32,000 bases of DNA from Saccharolobus solfataricus (GTDB lineage: Archaea; Thermoproteota; Thermoprotei_A; Sulfolobales; Sulfolobaceae). The DNA lies in contig NZ_LT549890.1 in the NCBI RefSeq assembly GCF_900079115.1, positions 1,620,001 through 1,652,000 of the forward strand, in the 5' to 3' direction. A model generated the notes under the pieces. That model made no database searches. It saw only the letters and a program-made list of their open reading frames with translations, and was not told where the DNA came from. The position numbers and the translations under genes are program-made. Of the stretch, positions 17,901 through 27,083 are shown piece after piece; positions within the stretch are counted from its first letter, which is position 1, and each line of letters starts with the position of its first letter.

Positions 17901-19289
17901 GTGGAAAAAATGGGAAAGGAAACTGAAAAAAATACGCAACAAGGATTAGCTAAAGGTGTGGTAGGCTACAGAGAGGTGTTAGCTCAAGGCATTGCATCAG
18001 GGGCTCCTGCCGCTGCTACTATTGGAACATTAACTGGTGCAGCTGCATTCGCTTATGGCGCTCTTCCACTAGCTGTAGCAATAGCATTAATAATGGTTTT
18101 ATTGGATGCCACTAGACTATCTATAATAGCGCGCTATGTTCAGAGTGCGGGAGGTATCTACGCTTTTATTGAAAGGGGTTTAGGTAAGAAGGTTGCCTTT
18201 GTCGCTAGTATGGCATATACAATATATATATTTGCGGTGATTATCTTTGTATATTTAATCATGGGCTTAATGGTACCTACAGGGATTGAAGAACTTGGAA
18301 TAAATTTGCCATCGTGGATTTGGATACCTTTAGGACTAGTTAACGCTATAGTAAGTGTTATAATTTCATACTTAGGTATAAGACCATCCTTAAAGTTCAC
18401 CTTAATCATGAGTATAGCTGAAATAACTGGCATAATAGCTACTTCAATTCTTATATTTTCCAAAATCCCGCCCGATATCAATACCTTTACGCTTGCTTAT
18501 GTACCACCCCCAAAGATATCAAATTTAGGTTTAGGAGTTTCCTTTGGAATTCTGGCTTTTACGGGTTATGAAACTGTATCAGTATTGGGTGAAGAGGCTA
18601 AAGATCCAAGGAATAATATAGCAAAAGGAGTTTTTACAGCAGCCCTTCTATTAGGTATCACATATATAGTGGGTTCAGAAGCGTTTACCGTGGGATGGGG
18701 AGTTAATAACATGAGTACATATTTTAACTATTTAGCACCGGGATTAATATTGGCTAAAACCTTCGGAGGTACAATACTACTAATAATCCTAACAGCCCTT
18801 CTAATAAATAGTAACCTTGCTTGTGCAACCGGATTTACTAATTGTGTGACAAGAGTTATGTACGCTATGAGTGTGGACAAATTATTACCATCTAAATTGA
18901 GTTCAATACATCCGAAAAGAAGGACTCCGCATATTGCCAGTCTTTTCACCTTCATTTTTACAGCTTTATACTTCATTATAATGTCTCTGATATTCTCACC
19001 TTCCAATATTTTTATAGCTACTGGAATTACTACTACGTTCGGATTTTTAATAGCGATATTTGTAGTAAATATAAGTATGTTAATTGTAGTGAAGAAGAAT
19101 AACGCATTAAATATAGGAAATATACTTATTGTAGCAATTGTTGAAGCGATAATTGGCTATGTATTTTATGCGACTGTTATAACGAGTGCAATCAATGTGC
19201 CGGTATTAATTGGAGTTTTAACGTTAGTTTTATGGGTGGTTGGGGGCATAATTTATCTTACGCTTAAAAGGTTTTTTACCCAAAAGTAA
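17901..19289 (+). CDS. APC-superfamily amino acid/amine permease, 462 aa
   Basis: About 12 hydrophobic segments and the typical motif GYETVSVLGEEAKDPRNNI. It is divergent from the amine oxidase gene. The start may instead be ATG 17910. Confidence 0.85.
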   Translation: MEKMGKETEKNTQQGLAKGVVGYREVLAQGIASGAPAAATIGTLTGAAAFAYGALPLAVAIALIMVLLDATRLSIIARYVQSAGGIYAFIERGLGKKVAFVASMAYTIYIFAVIIFVYLIMGLMVPTGIEELGINLPSWIWIPLGLVNAIVSVIISYLGIRPSLKFTLIMSIAEITGIIATSILIFSKIPPDINTFTLAYVPPPKISNLGLGVSFGILAFTGYETVSVLGEEAKDPRNNIAKGVFTAALLLGITYIVGSEAFTVGWGVNNMSTYFNYLAPGLILAKTFGGTILLIILTALLINSNLACATGFTNCVTRVMYAMSVDKLLPSKLSSIHPKRRTPHIASLFTFIFTALYFIIMSLIFSPSNIFIATGITTTFGFLIAIFVVNISMLIVVKKNNALNIGNILIVAIVEAIIGYVFYATVITSAINVPVLIGVLTLVLWVVGGIIYLTLKRFFTQK

Positions 19290-19752
19290 ATCTCTTTTTA
19301 TTTCATTTTTGATGAGTTTATCTTTATTTAATCCTTTAGTTTTCAATTTTTGCTTAACAGTTGCATGATTTTGAGGGATGTTCTCATACAGACATCTTAT
19401 TTAACAACCATCAGTAAATGATACGAGATTATCCTAATACAATACTGTATTCTCTTCAAGCGTACCTCGTATCAAGATTAGCATTTTACGTATTTTTCCT
19501 TCTCTTAAACAGTTTCTTAATCCCACCCAAAGAGTGATAAATATTTTTTATCAACCTTGATATCCTCTTGACATCTAACTTCAAACCAAGGGAGTACTTG
19601 AACGAGAGGACCAAGAACAAGGAGAGGACCTTCAAGGTCACAAAACCCTTGTTCCTAACCCAAGTGAGGAAAGAACCCAACCCCAACGCCTTTAACTCCC
19701 TAATCAAAACCCCAACAACGACTCTCCCATGAAGTTATAGTCTTTTTCTTAA

Positions 19753-19780
19753 TAGGCACTACATGCTCCGCCTCTAACAA
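19753..19780. repeat. 28-bp perfect inverted-repeat arm (taggcactacatgctccgcctctaacaa); partner at 22581-22608
   Basis: Read directly; the reverse complement of 22581-22608 is identical. Confidence 0.9.
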
Positions 19781-19814
19781 AGTGACCGTAGCAGATCGGG
19801 ATTCTCTGCCACCG

Positions 19815-21014
19815 TAGGAGATGCGAAGGAGAAATTAATATTTCCCAATACAAAATATAGAAGAACACTCGAATAAGTCTAAATAGTTAATGAATTAAAC
19901 TTGATAGAACTTGAGAACAAATAATAAAGGAGAATCAATAAAAATTGTTTCATACTAACCTCTTCCTCCAGTTTCTCGAGCACGTCACGAAACTTATTAA
20001 CCCAATAGCTTGTATAATCACGCGTCAAAAACAAATAATAGAACTCCTCCTCCATCGAATCAAGAGTGTATTCAAAATTATAATAAGTATTAACCCACGA
20101 ACCAAGTCCCTCCAGACCAACTCAATCGGATTCAAATCCGGAGAATACGGAGGTAAGAAAAGCAAGGTAATGCCGAGCTGAGAAGCAACGGAGAAAACAT
20201 AAGCATTCTTGTGAAACTTAGCATTATCAAGGATCAACACGATAGGACCGGAATTCCTAAACAAGCGAAGAAACTCAGCAAAGATCTTGAAATTAACATT
20301 GGAATAGGTGGACATGAAACAAGGAACACCGTCAAACAAGGGAATAGAAGCGAGAACATTAAGCTTCTTACTGGGATAATCAACGGAAACATTATACAAC
20401 CCCAATCTCCTGGAAGGATCGTGATGAATACCGGACTCGTCCATGAAAAACACCTTAACACCCTTCTTAATAACACCCTTTAACCTCCCCCTCAAGATGT
20501 TATCTGCATTAAAGGGCCTCTTCTTGTTATATGGTTTTATGTAGGGGATTTTCAATCTCTTTCTAGCTATTCTCCAAGCTGTTACATGGCTTAATTTAAC
20601 GTGAAACTTCTCCTCTATATAAGCCTTTGCTTCCCATATGGTTTTACCTTGAAGTTCTTCTACTTTTATCTCCTTTTCGTCTATCTTCTTGTTTCTTCCT
20701 TTTCTCTCCTTGTAGAATAGGCATTTCTCTCCTTCTTTCTCGAATTGGTTGATCCATCTGTAAACTGTGCTCAAGTGTACTTGTAGTATCTTGGCTATTT
20801 TTCTAGTGTTCATTCCTTTCAAGTATAGTAATATTCCTCTTGCTTTGGTTTCGTTTAGGTTCTTGGGCTTCTTTTCGATCAGCTTTCTGATCCTCCTTTT
20901 TAGTGTCCTAAGCACATCCATTTATCTTTAATACTTCTTTTTATCTAATTGGGGAGATGCTGGGTTAAACGAGTAGTGTCCTAAGCACGTCCATTTTCCA
21001 GCATCTCCCCACTA
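19815..21014 (-). mobile_element. IS630/Tc1-mariner-family element (~1.2 kb; boundaries approximate)
   Basis: TA-flanked imperfect ends: ta|ggagatgcgaagg at 19815 versus the reverse complement of ccagcatctccccac|ta at 21014. It carries an IS630-type transposase and is GC-richer than host DNA. Confidence 0.6.
19879..20921 (-). pseudogene. IS630-family transposase with a frameshift near codon ~262
   Basis: N-terminal HTH (GMNTRKIAKILQVHLSTVYRWINQFEKEG), then DDE region (FFMDESG...LILDNAKFHKN...PPYSPDLNPIELVW). After VWRDL the plausible continuation SWVNTYYNFEYTLDSMEEEFYYLFLTRDYTSYWVNKFRDVLEKLEEE is in another frame. Confidence 0.75.
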
Positions 21015-21343
21015 AGTTTGATAATCCCTTCTAGTCCCCTTTGTAACTCCTACGGGGAATTCACGCAAAACTAGAGAACGAGTAAAACCAAGTATTACAA
21101 GAGAAAAACAAATAAGCAAGGAAGGAGAAAAACAACATAAGCCCAGTCGCAACATGGGGATAAAAACCCCAGATATTAGGCTGGCTGTGAAGCCCCTAGA
21201 ACGATCTAACAAGAGGGGACAAAACCCCGAGTAGGAGTGTGAAAGTAAATTTTTCTAGGGGCTGAAGGTAGTTAATATTATGCGAGAAAAACGTGGTATC
21301 ATGATAGTAAAGAATATCTCGCATACACGAGCAATATTCTATC

Positions 21344-22578
21344 ATGGAAAGTGAGATTAAGACAAGGGGTTTCGCAATAGACGTTTCAAGGGACAAGTTG
21401 ACGGTAGCGAAAGCTGAACTTGTAATAACGCAAGAGAAAAGGGAAGTAGAGGTCAACGAGGTGAGGGAATTCAAGTACGACAACGAGGGAATAGAAGAAC
21501 TAATCAAATTCCTTGGCGAATATAAGGAAGGGATAATGGAGTCAACCGGACCGTACTTCTTCTACCTACACTAGTATTTTGGAAAAGTTCTTAGACTATG
21601 ATCTAGTGGTATATCCTTTGCCTAAAGCTATAAACTTTCTGAAAGCACTAACGAAGAACTAACAGAAAAGGGATATAAGGTAACAGTAATAAATCCCTTA
21701 CACTTGAAGGAAGTATTCGGAAAGAAGACCGACAAGCTAGACGCGCAAAGACTGGCAAAAGCCTTCATCCTGGGAGCAGTTAAGGGGTCATACATACCGA
21801 CCGGGGAAATAAGGGAATTGAGGGAGTTAACGAGGTATAGGGAGAGTTTGATGAGGAAGATAACGCAAGTAAAGAACGAGATAAGGAAGTTTCTAGAAAT
21901 GGCGGGATACAAGATAGAGCCCTTTGATAAGAGGGGAATGGCGTTGCTGGAGAAGTTAAGTAGGGGAGAAGGGCTGAGCAAGGAGGAAAGGGACGAGTTG
22001 AAGGAGAAGTTAGGGAGAAGTTTGAATGATGCTGAGAAGCTAGCTTTGAAGCAGCTGGTAGACTTACTGAAGAGCTTGGAGGCTATGGTTAAGGAAGTTG
22101 AGGACATGATAATTTCTAAGATTCCTCAGCCTGTGGTCGAGTTGAGCCGGGAGTTGGTTTGATCAGTGCTGCAACCATTTACGCTGAGTTCGGTGATGTT
22201 TCTCGTTTTTCCAGTTCTAAGGCTGCAAGGGCTTATGCTGGTTTTGCTCCCAGGACTAAGCAGAGTGGTGAGAGCGAGTCTCACTCTGGTATGATTAGGG
22301 GTAATAAGTATTTGCGTAGGGCTTTTTTCTTGGTTGCTAGGGTTGCTAGGAAGTCTGAACGTTTTAAGGAGTATTACGATAGGCTTGTCTCCAAGTGGAA
22401 GAGTGCTACTAAGGCTACTTGTGCTCTTGGTGGGAAGCTTGCTTGTATTTGTTATCACGTTATAAAGGATGGTGTTTACAAGGGTGATGTTAAGAAGAGT
22501 TTTAGGGCACCTAGGGGGAAGGACGTTAACGTTCAAGATGTTGATGTGGGTGATGTGCTGGACTCGTTGTCCCAGTAG
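21344..22578 (+). pseudogene. IS110-family transposase interrupted by a 79-bp MITE and carrying a frameshift at ~22148
   Basis: MESEIKTRGFAIDVSRDKL...MESTGPYFFYLH | MITE | EELTEKGYKVTVINPLHLKEVFGKKTDKLDAQRLA.... At 22140-22160 the expected ...ELS(I)PGVGLISAATIYAEFGDVSRF needs a 1-nt correction. Confidence 0.8.
21572..21650 (+). mobile_element. Second copy of the 79-bp ISC1048-related MITE (SM1-like)
   Basis: Near-identical to the reverse complement of 7700-7778. It has TA at both ends and splits the IS110 transposase ORF. Confidence 0.85.
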
Positions 22579-22580
22579 GT

Positions 22581-22608
22581 TTGTTAGAGGCGGAGCATGT
22601 AGTGCCTA
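22581..22608. repeat. Right arm of the 28-bp perfect inverted repeat
   Basis: ttgttagaggcggagcatgtagtgccta is the reverse complement of 19753-19780. It starts 3 nt after the IS110 transposase stop. Confidence 0.9.
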
Positions 22609-22890
22609 ATATGAAAAAGACTATATTTTGGTGGGGAAGACCCGGTGTTATCACCTTGTCTTCACCACGTGATAATACCGGGTTCCTCACCTTAAACCTA
22701 TCTTCAATTAGTTGCGTTCTTGTCAAAGCTATAAATTCTATTATTTTTCAGAATCTGATGTTACCCAACCAAAATTATTTTTTGTAAAACGATTTTGGAT
22801 CTACCGTTTAGGAGGGGGTAGATCACAGAATTAAATGACTTCATGAGAGCACTTCCAGTTATTGTTAATATTTTGTGATGATATTGTTCT

Positions 22891-23280
22891 TTATTTCCTT
22901 ATCTTATTTTTAGCTTCTAATATTTCATTATCAAGGCTCAATATTTCACTATCAAGAATAATGCTAGCGGAGAGGTGAAGTAAATCTAGTGTCTTTAATT
23001 TCACTTTACTAGATATTTTAATGGCGAGATCTATCACTTTGCCAAGATCGACTTCTTCAATCTCACATCCGCACTTACTAAGAGTGTAATTAACTATTGC
23101 CTCTAATTCCTCGTCAGTGAGATTTAATTTTCTAGAGTAAACTGAATACATTTCAGCTAAAACTATTTTGCTTATTACTTTCTTACCATCATTAGGATAG
23201 GTCTTTAACGCAACCTCATGGTTAGGGTCTTTCTCATTAACTAGTGCTATTGCAAGACTTGTATCAATATAGTATTTCAC
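22891..23280 (-). CDS. vapC: PIN-domain toxin VapC, 129 aa
   Basis: The acidic PIN quartet is in the right order: YIDTS (D6), LAEM, TLDLLHLSAS, SLDNE. There is a 4-nt overlap with the upstream antitoxin gene. Confidence 0.8.
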   Translation of the reverse strand: MKYYIDTSLAIALVNEKDPNHEVALKTYPNDGKKVISKIVLAEMYSVYSRKLNLTDEELEAIVNYTLSKCGCEIEEVDLGKVIDLAIKISSKVKLKTLDLLHLSASIILDSEILSLDNEILEAKNKIRK

Positions 23281-23519
23281 TCTCTATCCCTTATTACATC
23301 ATTTGAGGTTGGCAAATCAAAGAGTAAGCCTTCTTTTAACCACTTCTCTGTTAATTCCTTAACTTTCTTCTTTCTCTCAATCTCTTCCATAGCCTTACTC
23401 AAACCATAAGATATAATCAAGTTAAAAGCCTCATTCTTTGATTTAACTATACCTAACTCAACCATTTGCTCTGCAATACTATAATACTCATCCTTTACCT
23501 TTATTGTTACTATCCTCAT
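23277..23519 (-). CDS. vapB: VapB-type antitoxin (RHH/AbrB-like), 80 aa
   Basis: A small ORF immediately upstream of and overlapping vapC. The N-terminal beta-strand MRIVTIKV is followed by helices. Confidence 0.65.
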   Translation of the reverse strand: MRIVTIKVKDEYYSIAEQMVELGIVKSKNEAFNLIISYGLSKAMEEIERKKKVKELTEKWLKEGLLFDLPTSNDVIRDRE

Positions 23520-23604
23520 ACTATTATATTACTTAAGTAAAAGAATATATAAAGTTAGCGTGTTGCGAGTTACATCAGAATTATACAAAAGTTTATAGTT
23601 AATT

Positions 23605-24526
23605 ACGTCAGTATGGGAATCTCATTTTTCTGATATAAATGATAATATATGTAAGATTGAACCACACCAGTTTTATTCAAATATAACTGCATATATTTTA
23701 TGAAAATGACAGTTAATAAGTCAGTTTTCAATAGCAGAATATAAATATATAGAATTAATTTCACGTAGCTGGAAGGAGGTGCATAGGGTTAGCTGGAGTT
23801 TAGGGGAATGGCGTCTTCACTTCACGGAACGCGCGTCCTTGTTCCACTCTTACCTCCCGATCGAGGAGATTCGAGAGGGAGACCGAGAACTCCCACAACT
23901 TTACCTTCCTCCAAGAGCGGATCAAGAACCAGACATTCAAGAGAAGATAGGAAAGCAGAACGAGAACCAGTTCCTTCCTCACGTCACAAGTCCTAGTCCT
24001 GATCCTGAACTCCTCAAGAGAGCGGAAGGCGTTCTCTATCCCCCACCTCTCCCTGTACATCTCGGCAAGGACTATGGCATCATAAAGATCCATCTCCCTC
24101 CTCACGAGGAAGGCAATAATCTTGCCGTCTTCCTTCCTCAGGATAATGAGATAAGCTCCACTCCCATATCTCACGCAGAGAAATCCAGTATATCTAACTC
24201 CGCCAAAACTCACATCCACATCCTGCAACATTCCCTTGTACTTCTTGTACATCTGGACCTTGGCAGATATGACGAAGTCCAAGCCCAACTCCAAGAGGTA
24301 TCTAATCACTTCGTTCACTGCGAACTCCTTGTCCGCGAAGACCATGACGAGCCTCAGCTTGTCCTCCTCCAACTCCTTCACGATTACCTCCATCACCGCC
24401 TTGAAACCTTCAGCTACGTTCTTCACGGTCACTGGGATCACGTCCAGGAAGCTCCTCGTCCTCCCCAGGAGGAAGATCGCGGCTTGAACCAGTCCCCACG
24501 ACGTCCCCTTAGTTGGCTTTATCCTA
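23605..24526 (-). mobile_element. Truncated ISC1359-like IS (copy B: the transposase-3' end with its terminal repeat)
   Basis: It starts with acgtcagtatgggaatctc (23605-23623). Similarity to copy A covers 24223-24526 and then stops abruptly at repeat U'. Confidence 0.75.
23800..24526 (-). pseudogene. C-terminal ~240 codons of an ISC1359-like IS4-family transposase
   Basis: IKPTKGTSWGLVQAAIFLLGRTRSFLDVIPVTVKN...FADKEFAVNEVIRYLLELGLDFVISAK...RERWGIENAFRSLEEF shows DDE/YREK-type features. The first ~10 codons of the tracked ORF come from repeat U'. Confidence 0.75.
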
Positions 24527-24721
24527 TTAGTAGTTTTAGGATATTCCCTTACCATAAAAAGTCAAAATATTTATCCATGTATTTATAAATATCTTTCATT
24601 GTACTTCTTAATATTATAGCTTATCAATAAGCATTTTTCATCTAACCAGGAAAGATTTACTATATATTTTTAACGTAACGTAAAAGTGTAACGATTTTCC
24701 TATAAATGCTACTCGTACTTT
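24527..24721 (-). repeat. Repeat U' (inverted copy of 12943-13137)
   Basis: See 12943-13137. The outer ~10 nt (ctcgtacttt) merge into the IS1-like leader fragment. Confidence 0.85.
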
Positions 24722-24817
24722 CTCGGCTTAAGATTTAAATTTCTTAGAATCATAAGTATTAATTGTGCGAGGGTTACGAGGTTCATATTGGTAACCCTCA
24801 CAAAAAATCTCGTAACC
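24712..24817 (+). mobile_element. IS1-like leader fragment, part 1 (homologous to 9443-9544)
   Basis: gtactttctcggcttaagatttaaatttcttagaatcataagtattaattgtgcgagggttacgagg... matches the intact element. It is cut inside the 3' palindrome arm at 24817. Confidence 0.85.
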
Positions 24818-25619
24818 TATATATAGGTTAATTAGCTGGGGAGAGTAATATTCTCCTCAGCTGGGGAAAAATGGTCGAATGGGAAATTGAAGCAAAGTCT
24901 TCGGGCGAGGGCGTGACGAGCCCCTACAGTCGGACTGAACATTGTGAAAATATTCACGAATATAGGTGTGACACAAGCGTAGGGGTAATTGGAATAGACG
25001 TATCAAAAGAACACTTGGTAACAAGTAAGGGGAGGGTGAGAAAATTCACAAACAACGAGAAGGGCTACGAAGAAATACTAACCATGAAGCCAAACATCAT
25101 CGTAATAGAACCCACAGGAGTATACTCAACAAGACCTTGCCAATACTTCAAAGAAAGAGGAGTGAAAGTCCTACTAGTCAGCCTTGCTATGGAAAGAAAA
25201 GGACGTAAGGGGAAGAAAACAGATTTTTACGACGCAGAAAAACTTGAAAACATGGTAAATAAGTCTAGAGAATACGTTAACAACCCCTTGAAAGAGTTAG
25301 TATCACTCTACCTCTTCATGAAGGATGTGCAAACGAAACAAGAGAACAGGTTAAGGAGAGCTCTCTTCCTCGTGAGCGACGAGGAGAAGTTGAGCGAGGA
25401 GAGATTGGAGAAGTTCTCTAAGGGAGACTTCTCTGACGTAAAACTGTATCAACTGGAATACACTGGTACAGTACTACGTGAGATTCAAGTCCTAGCGAGG
25501 ACACTAATTCAAACACGAGAAGAGTTGAAGGAGGTGAGGAAAATGATAGAGGGTAATGTGCCTCAAGACCACGTTAGTGTTTCCGAAAAGTTTATAGATT
25601 AGTATTACCAGATTGAACT

Positions 25620-26072
25620 ATGCAAGATTTGGTTCAAGCTTATAAGGAAGAGAAGAACGCGAGAATTAAGGAGAGGATTCTTGCGGTGAAGCTGCACGTA
25701 GTTGATGGTAAATCGGAGAAAGAAGTTTCGAAAATGCTTAACAAGGGCTATTCCACGATAAAATTGTGGATTGGCAAGTACAAGAAAGAAGGTCTTGATG
25801 GACTAAAGGACAAGCCCAGATCAGGAAGACCCAGAAAAGTAGAAGAGGAAAAGATAAAACAAATTCTGGAAGATAAGCCCCAAAAATACGGAATACAACA
25901 AGAGTACTGGACAATGAAAACACTCAAGATAGCACTACAAGAACAAGGAATAGAATACAAGAAATCCAGACTATACGAACTAGTCCACGAACTAGGATAC
26001 AACCTAGTAAAACCCAGACCTACCAACATCCAAGCAGAAAAGGACAAGTGGGAAGATTTTAAAAAAAAATAA
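25620..26072 (+). CDS. IS630-family transposase, N-terminal HTH part (150 aa), ending in an A9 run
   Basis: SEKEVSKMLNKGYSTIKLWIGKYKKEGLDGLKDKPRSGRPRK is the typical paired HTH of IS630/Tc1 transposases. The stop follows directly after A9 (26061-26069). Confidence 0.75.
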   Translation: MQDLVQAYKEEKNARIKERILAVKLHVVDGKSEKEVSKMLNKGYSTIKLWIGKYKKEGLDGLKDKPRSGRPRKVEEEKIKQILEDKPQKYGIQQEYWTMKTLKIALQEQGIEYKKSRLYELVHELGYNLVKPRPTNIQAEKDKWEDFKKK

Positions 26073-26077
26073 AGAAA

Positions 26078-26605
26078 TTGGAAAGAAAGGCACTATTCTT
26101 TCTAGACGAGTGTAGGACAGTAATTAGCACGTCAATTAAGAAGGTTCTAGCTAAGGTTGGCAGTAAGCCCGTAATGCGCGTCAATATAGGTTTTTCCTCA
26201 ATCTATGTTATTCTAGCTATAAACGCTTGGACCGGCGAAGTAGTGGTTTCTCTTGCTAAAAGGCCTAACTCTGAATCCGTTAAGTATTTCTTGAGGTACT
26301 TTAAGAGGCGTGTGGGTAGTGGTAGGGTTTACATGGTCATGGATAATTACTCTCCTCACAAGACTAAGGGTACGCTTGAGGTTTGTCGCAGGAAGGGTAT
26401 TCATCCCGTGTTTACTCCTCCTTACTCGCCTGAGCTTAATATGGCTGAGGCGGTCTTCAAGTCCCTCAAGAACTACATGAGCAATAAAATATTCTATACG
26501 ATAGAAGACGTTAAAAACTGTATTAAACAGTTCTTTGAAGAAAATAAGTATAGATTTAATCTTAATGCAATAACATACCTAGGATTAGATAAAATTGAAG
26601 TCTAA
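26078..26605 (+). CDS. IS630-family transposase, DDE catalytic part (175 aa), in the -1 frame relative to the upstream ORF
   Basis: FFLDECRT...YMVMDNYSPHKT...PPYSPELNMAEAVFKSLK contains the DDE triad context. The frame is open back into the A9 run. Confidence 0.75.
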   Translation: MERKALFFLDECRTVISTSIKKVLAKVGSKPVMRVNIGFSSIYVILAINAWTGEVVVSLAKRPNSESVKYFLRYFKRRVGSGRVYMVMDNYSPHKTKGTLEVCRRKGIHPVFTPPYSPELNMAEAVFKSLKNYMSNKIFYTIEDVKNCIKQFFEENKYRFNLNAITYLGLDKIEV

Positions 26606-27083
26606 GAACTTTCCGGAAATACTAGTGTTACTCACGATTTCCGGAATAGGGAAACTGGCAGCTGGGATTATAATTGGGATTGTGGGTGATATTAGGCGCT
26701 TCCCAAGACCTGAATCCTTCGTTGCTTATTGCGGTTTAGACCCGGTAGTTGAGAGGAGTGGTAGGATTGAGGTTAGAAAGGGTATCTCCAAGAGGGGTAA
26801 CAAGTATTTGCGTAGCTTGTTTTATTTCCTTGCCGAGACTCAATATTCGCGTAACCCTACTCTCCTTAAGCTCCACGAAGCTCACAAGGACAAACTGAAG
26901 GGTAGGAAACTGTACACTGCCTTAGCTAGGAAGTTGGCTAGGATAGTGTGGAGTGTTTGGTATAATAATAAGCCTTATGAGGTGAAGTGACCCTCCCCTA
27001 TCACGCGGATTGAAAGAGTCCGCGTGGCAATAGTAGCTGATACTATGCTCAAAATTCGACCGAAAGATTTATTACTGAACGCC

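Larger units (their letters stand above)
21015..22580 (+). mobile_element. IS110-family element (larger type, ISC1491-like size class; limits uncertain)
   Basis: A ~330-bp non-coding left region is followed by an IS110 transposase. It lies between the IS630-like element and the right 28-bp repeat arm. It may also include 19781-19814. Confidence 0.55.
25575..26624 (+). mobile_element. ISC1048-like IS630-family element (1048 bp plus TA duplication)
   Basis: TA at both ends. Terminal repeats TAGTGTTTCCGAAAAGTT / TAGTATTTCCGGAAAGTT. The size fits ISC1048. Its ends match the two ends of the 79-bp MITE. Confidence 0.8.
24871..26990 (+). pseudogene. IS110-family transposase split by an ISC1048-like insertion
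   Basis: The N-part reads ...GVIGIDVSKEHLV...VIEPTGVYS...KKTDFYDAEKL.... The C-part after the insertion reads VLLTISGIGKLAAGIIIGIVGDIRRF...GISKRGNKYLRSLFYF...KLARIVWSVWYNNKPY. The N-terminal ~35 aa of the tracked ORF may not be translated. Confidence 0.8.
24818..27083 (+). mobile_element. IS110-family element (ISC1229-like size, ~1.22 kb without its nested IS) inserted in the IS1-like leader palindrome
   Basis: The flanks rejoin exactly to the intact sequence ctcgtaacc|ctcgcac. A CC dinucleotide sits at both junctions (24816-17 and 27082-83). There are no terminal inverted repeats. Confidence 0.75.

Noticed and set aside
18158-19006. Minus-strand ORFs 18158-18481 and 18728-19006 inside the permease gene, and plus-strand ORFs 16060-16320 and 17565-17834 over the amine oxidase
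   Set aside because: They are fully embedded antisense to strongly supported genes.
19374-19745. IS1-like terminal-repeat look-alike (ggatgttctcatacagacatcttatt, 19374-19400) followed by a GC-richer 73-aa minus ORF (19486-19707)
   Set aside because: It is probably debris of one or two IS elements. I could not find the matching opposite end or assign the ORF to a transposase family, so it is not called as a feature.
22640-22690. Short similarity (ttcaccacgtga) to the ISC1439-like subterminal region
   Set aside because: Only ~12 nt match with no extension, so it is compatible with chance.
13134-24555. Initial idea that the 211-aa and 251-aa transposase fragments belong to ISC1217
   Set aside because: The shared terminal sequence (acgtcagtatgggaatctc) and the reconstructed length (~1.36 kb) fit an ISC1359-size IS4-family element better. 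The name remains an inference from size.
23779-24588. 269-aa plus-strand ORF (and 23808-23996, 24236-24487, 13153-13404, 13569-13892) over the ISC1359-like copies
   Set aside because: These mirror ORFs are antisense to the transposase fragments. They recur only because the IS sequence recurs, and their composition is biased (P/L/H/S-rich).
25738-26404. Minus-strand ORFs 25738-25923, 25748-26047 and 26213-26404 inside the ISC1048-like element
   Set aside because: They are antisense to a well-supported IS630 transposase and have no motifs.
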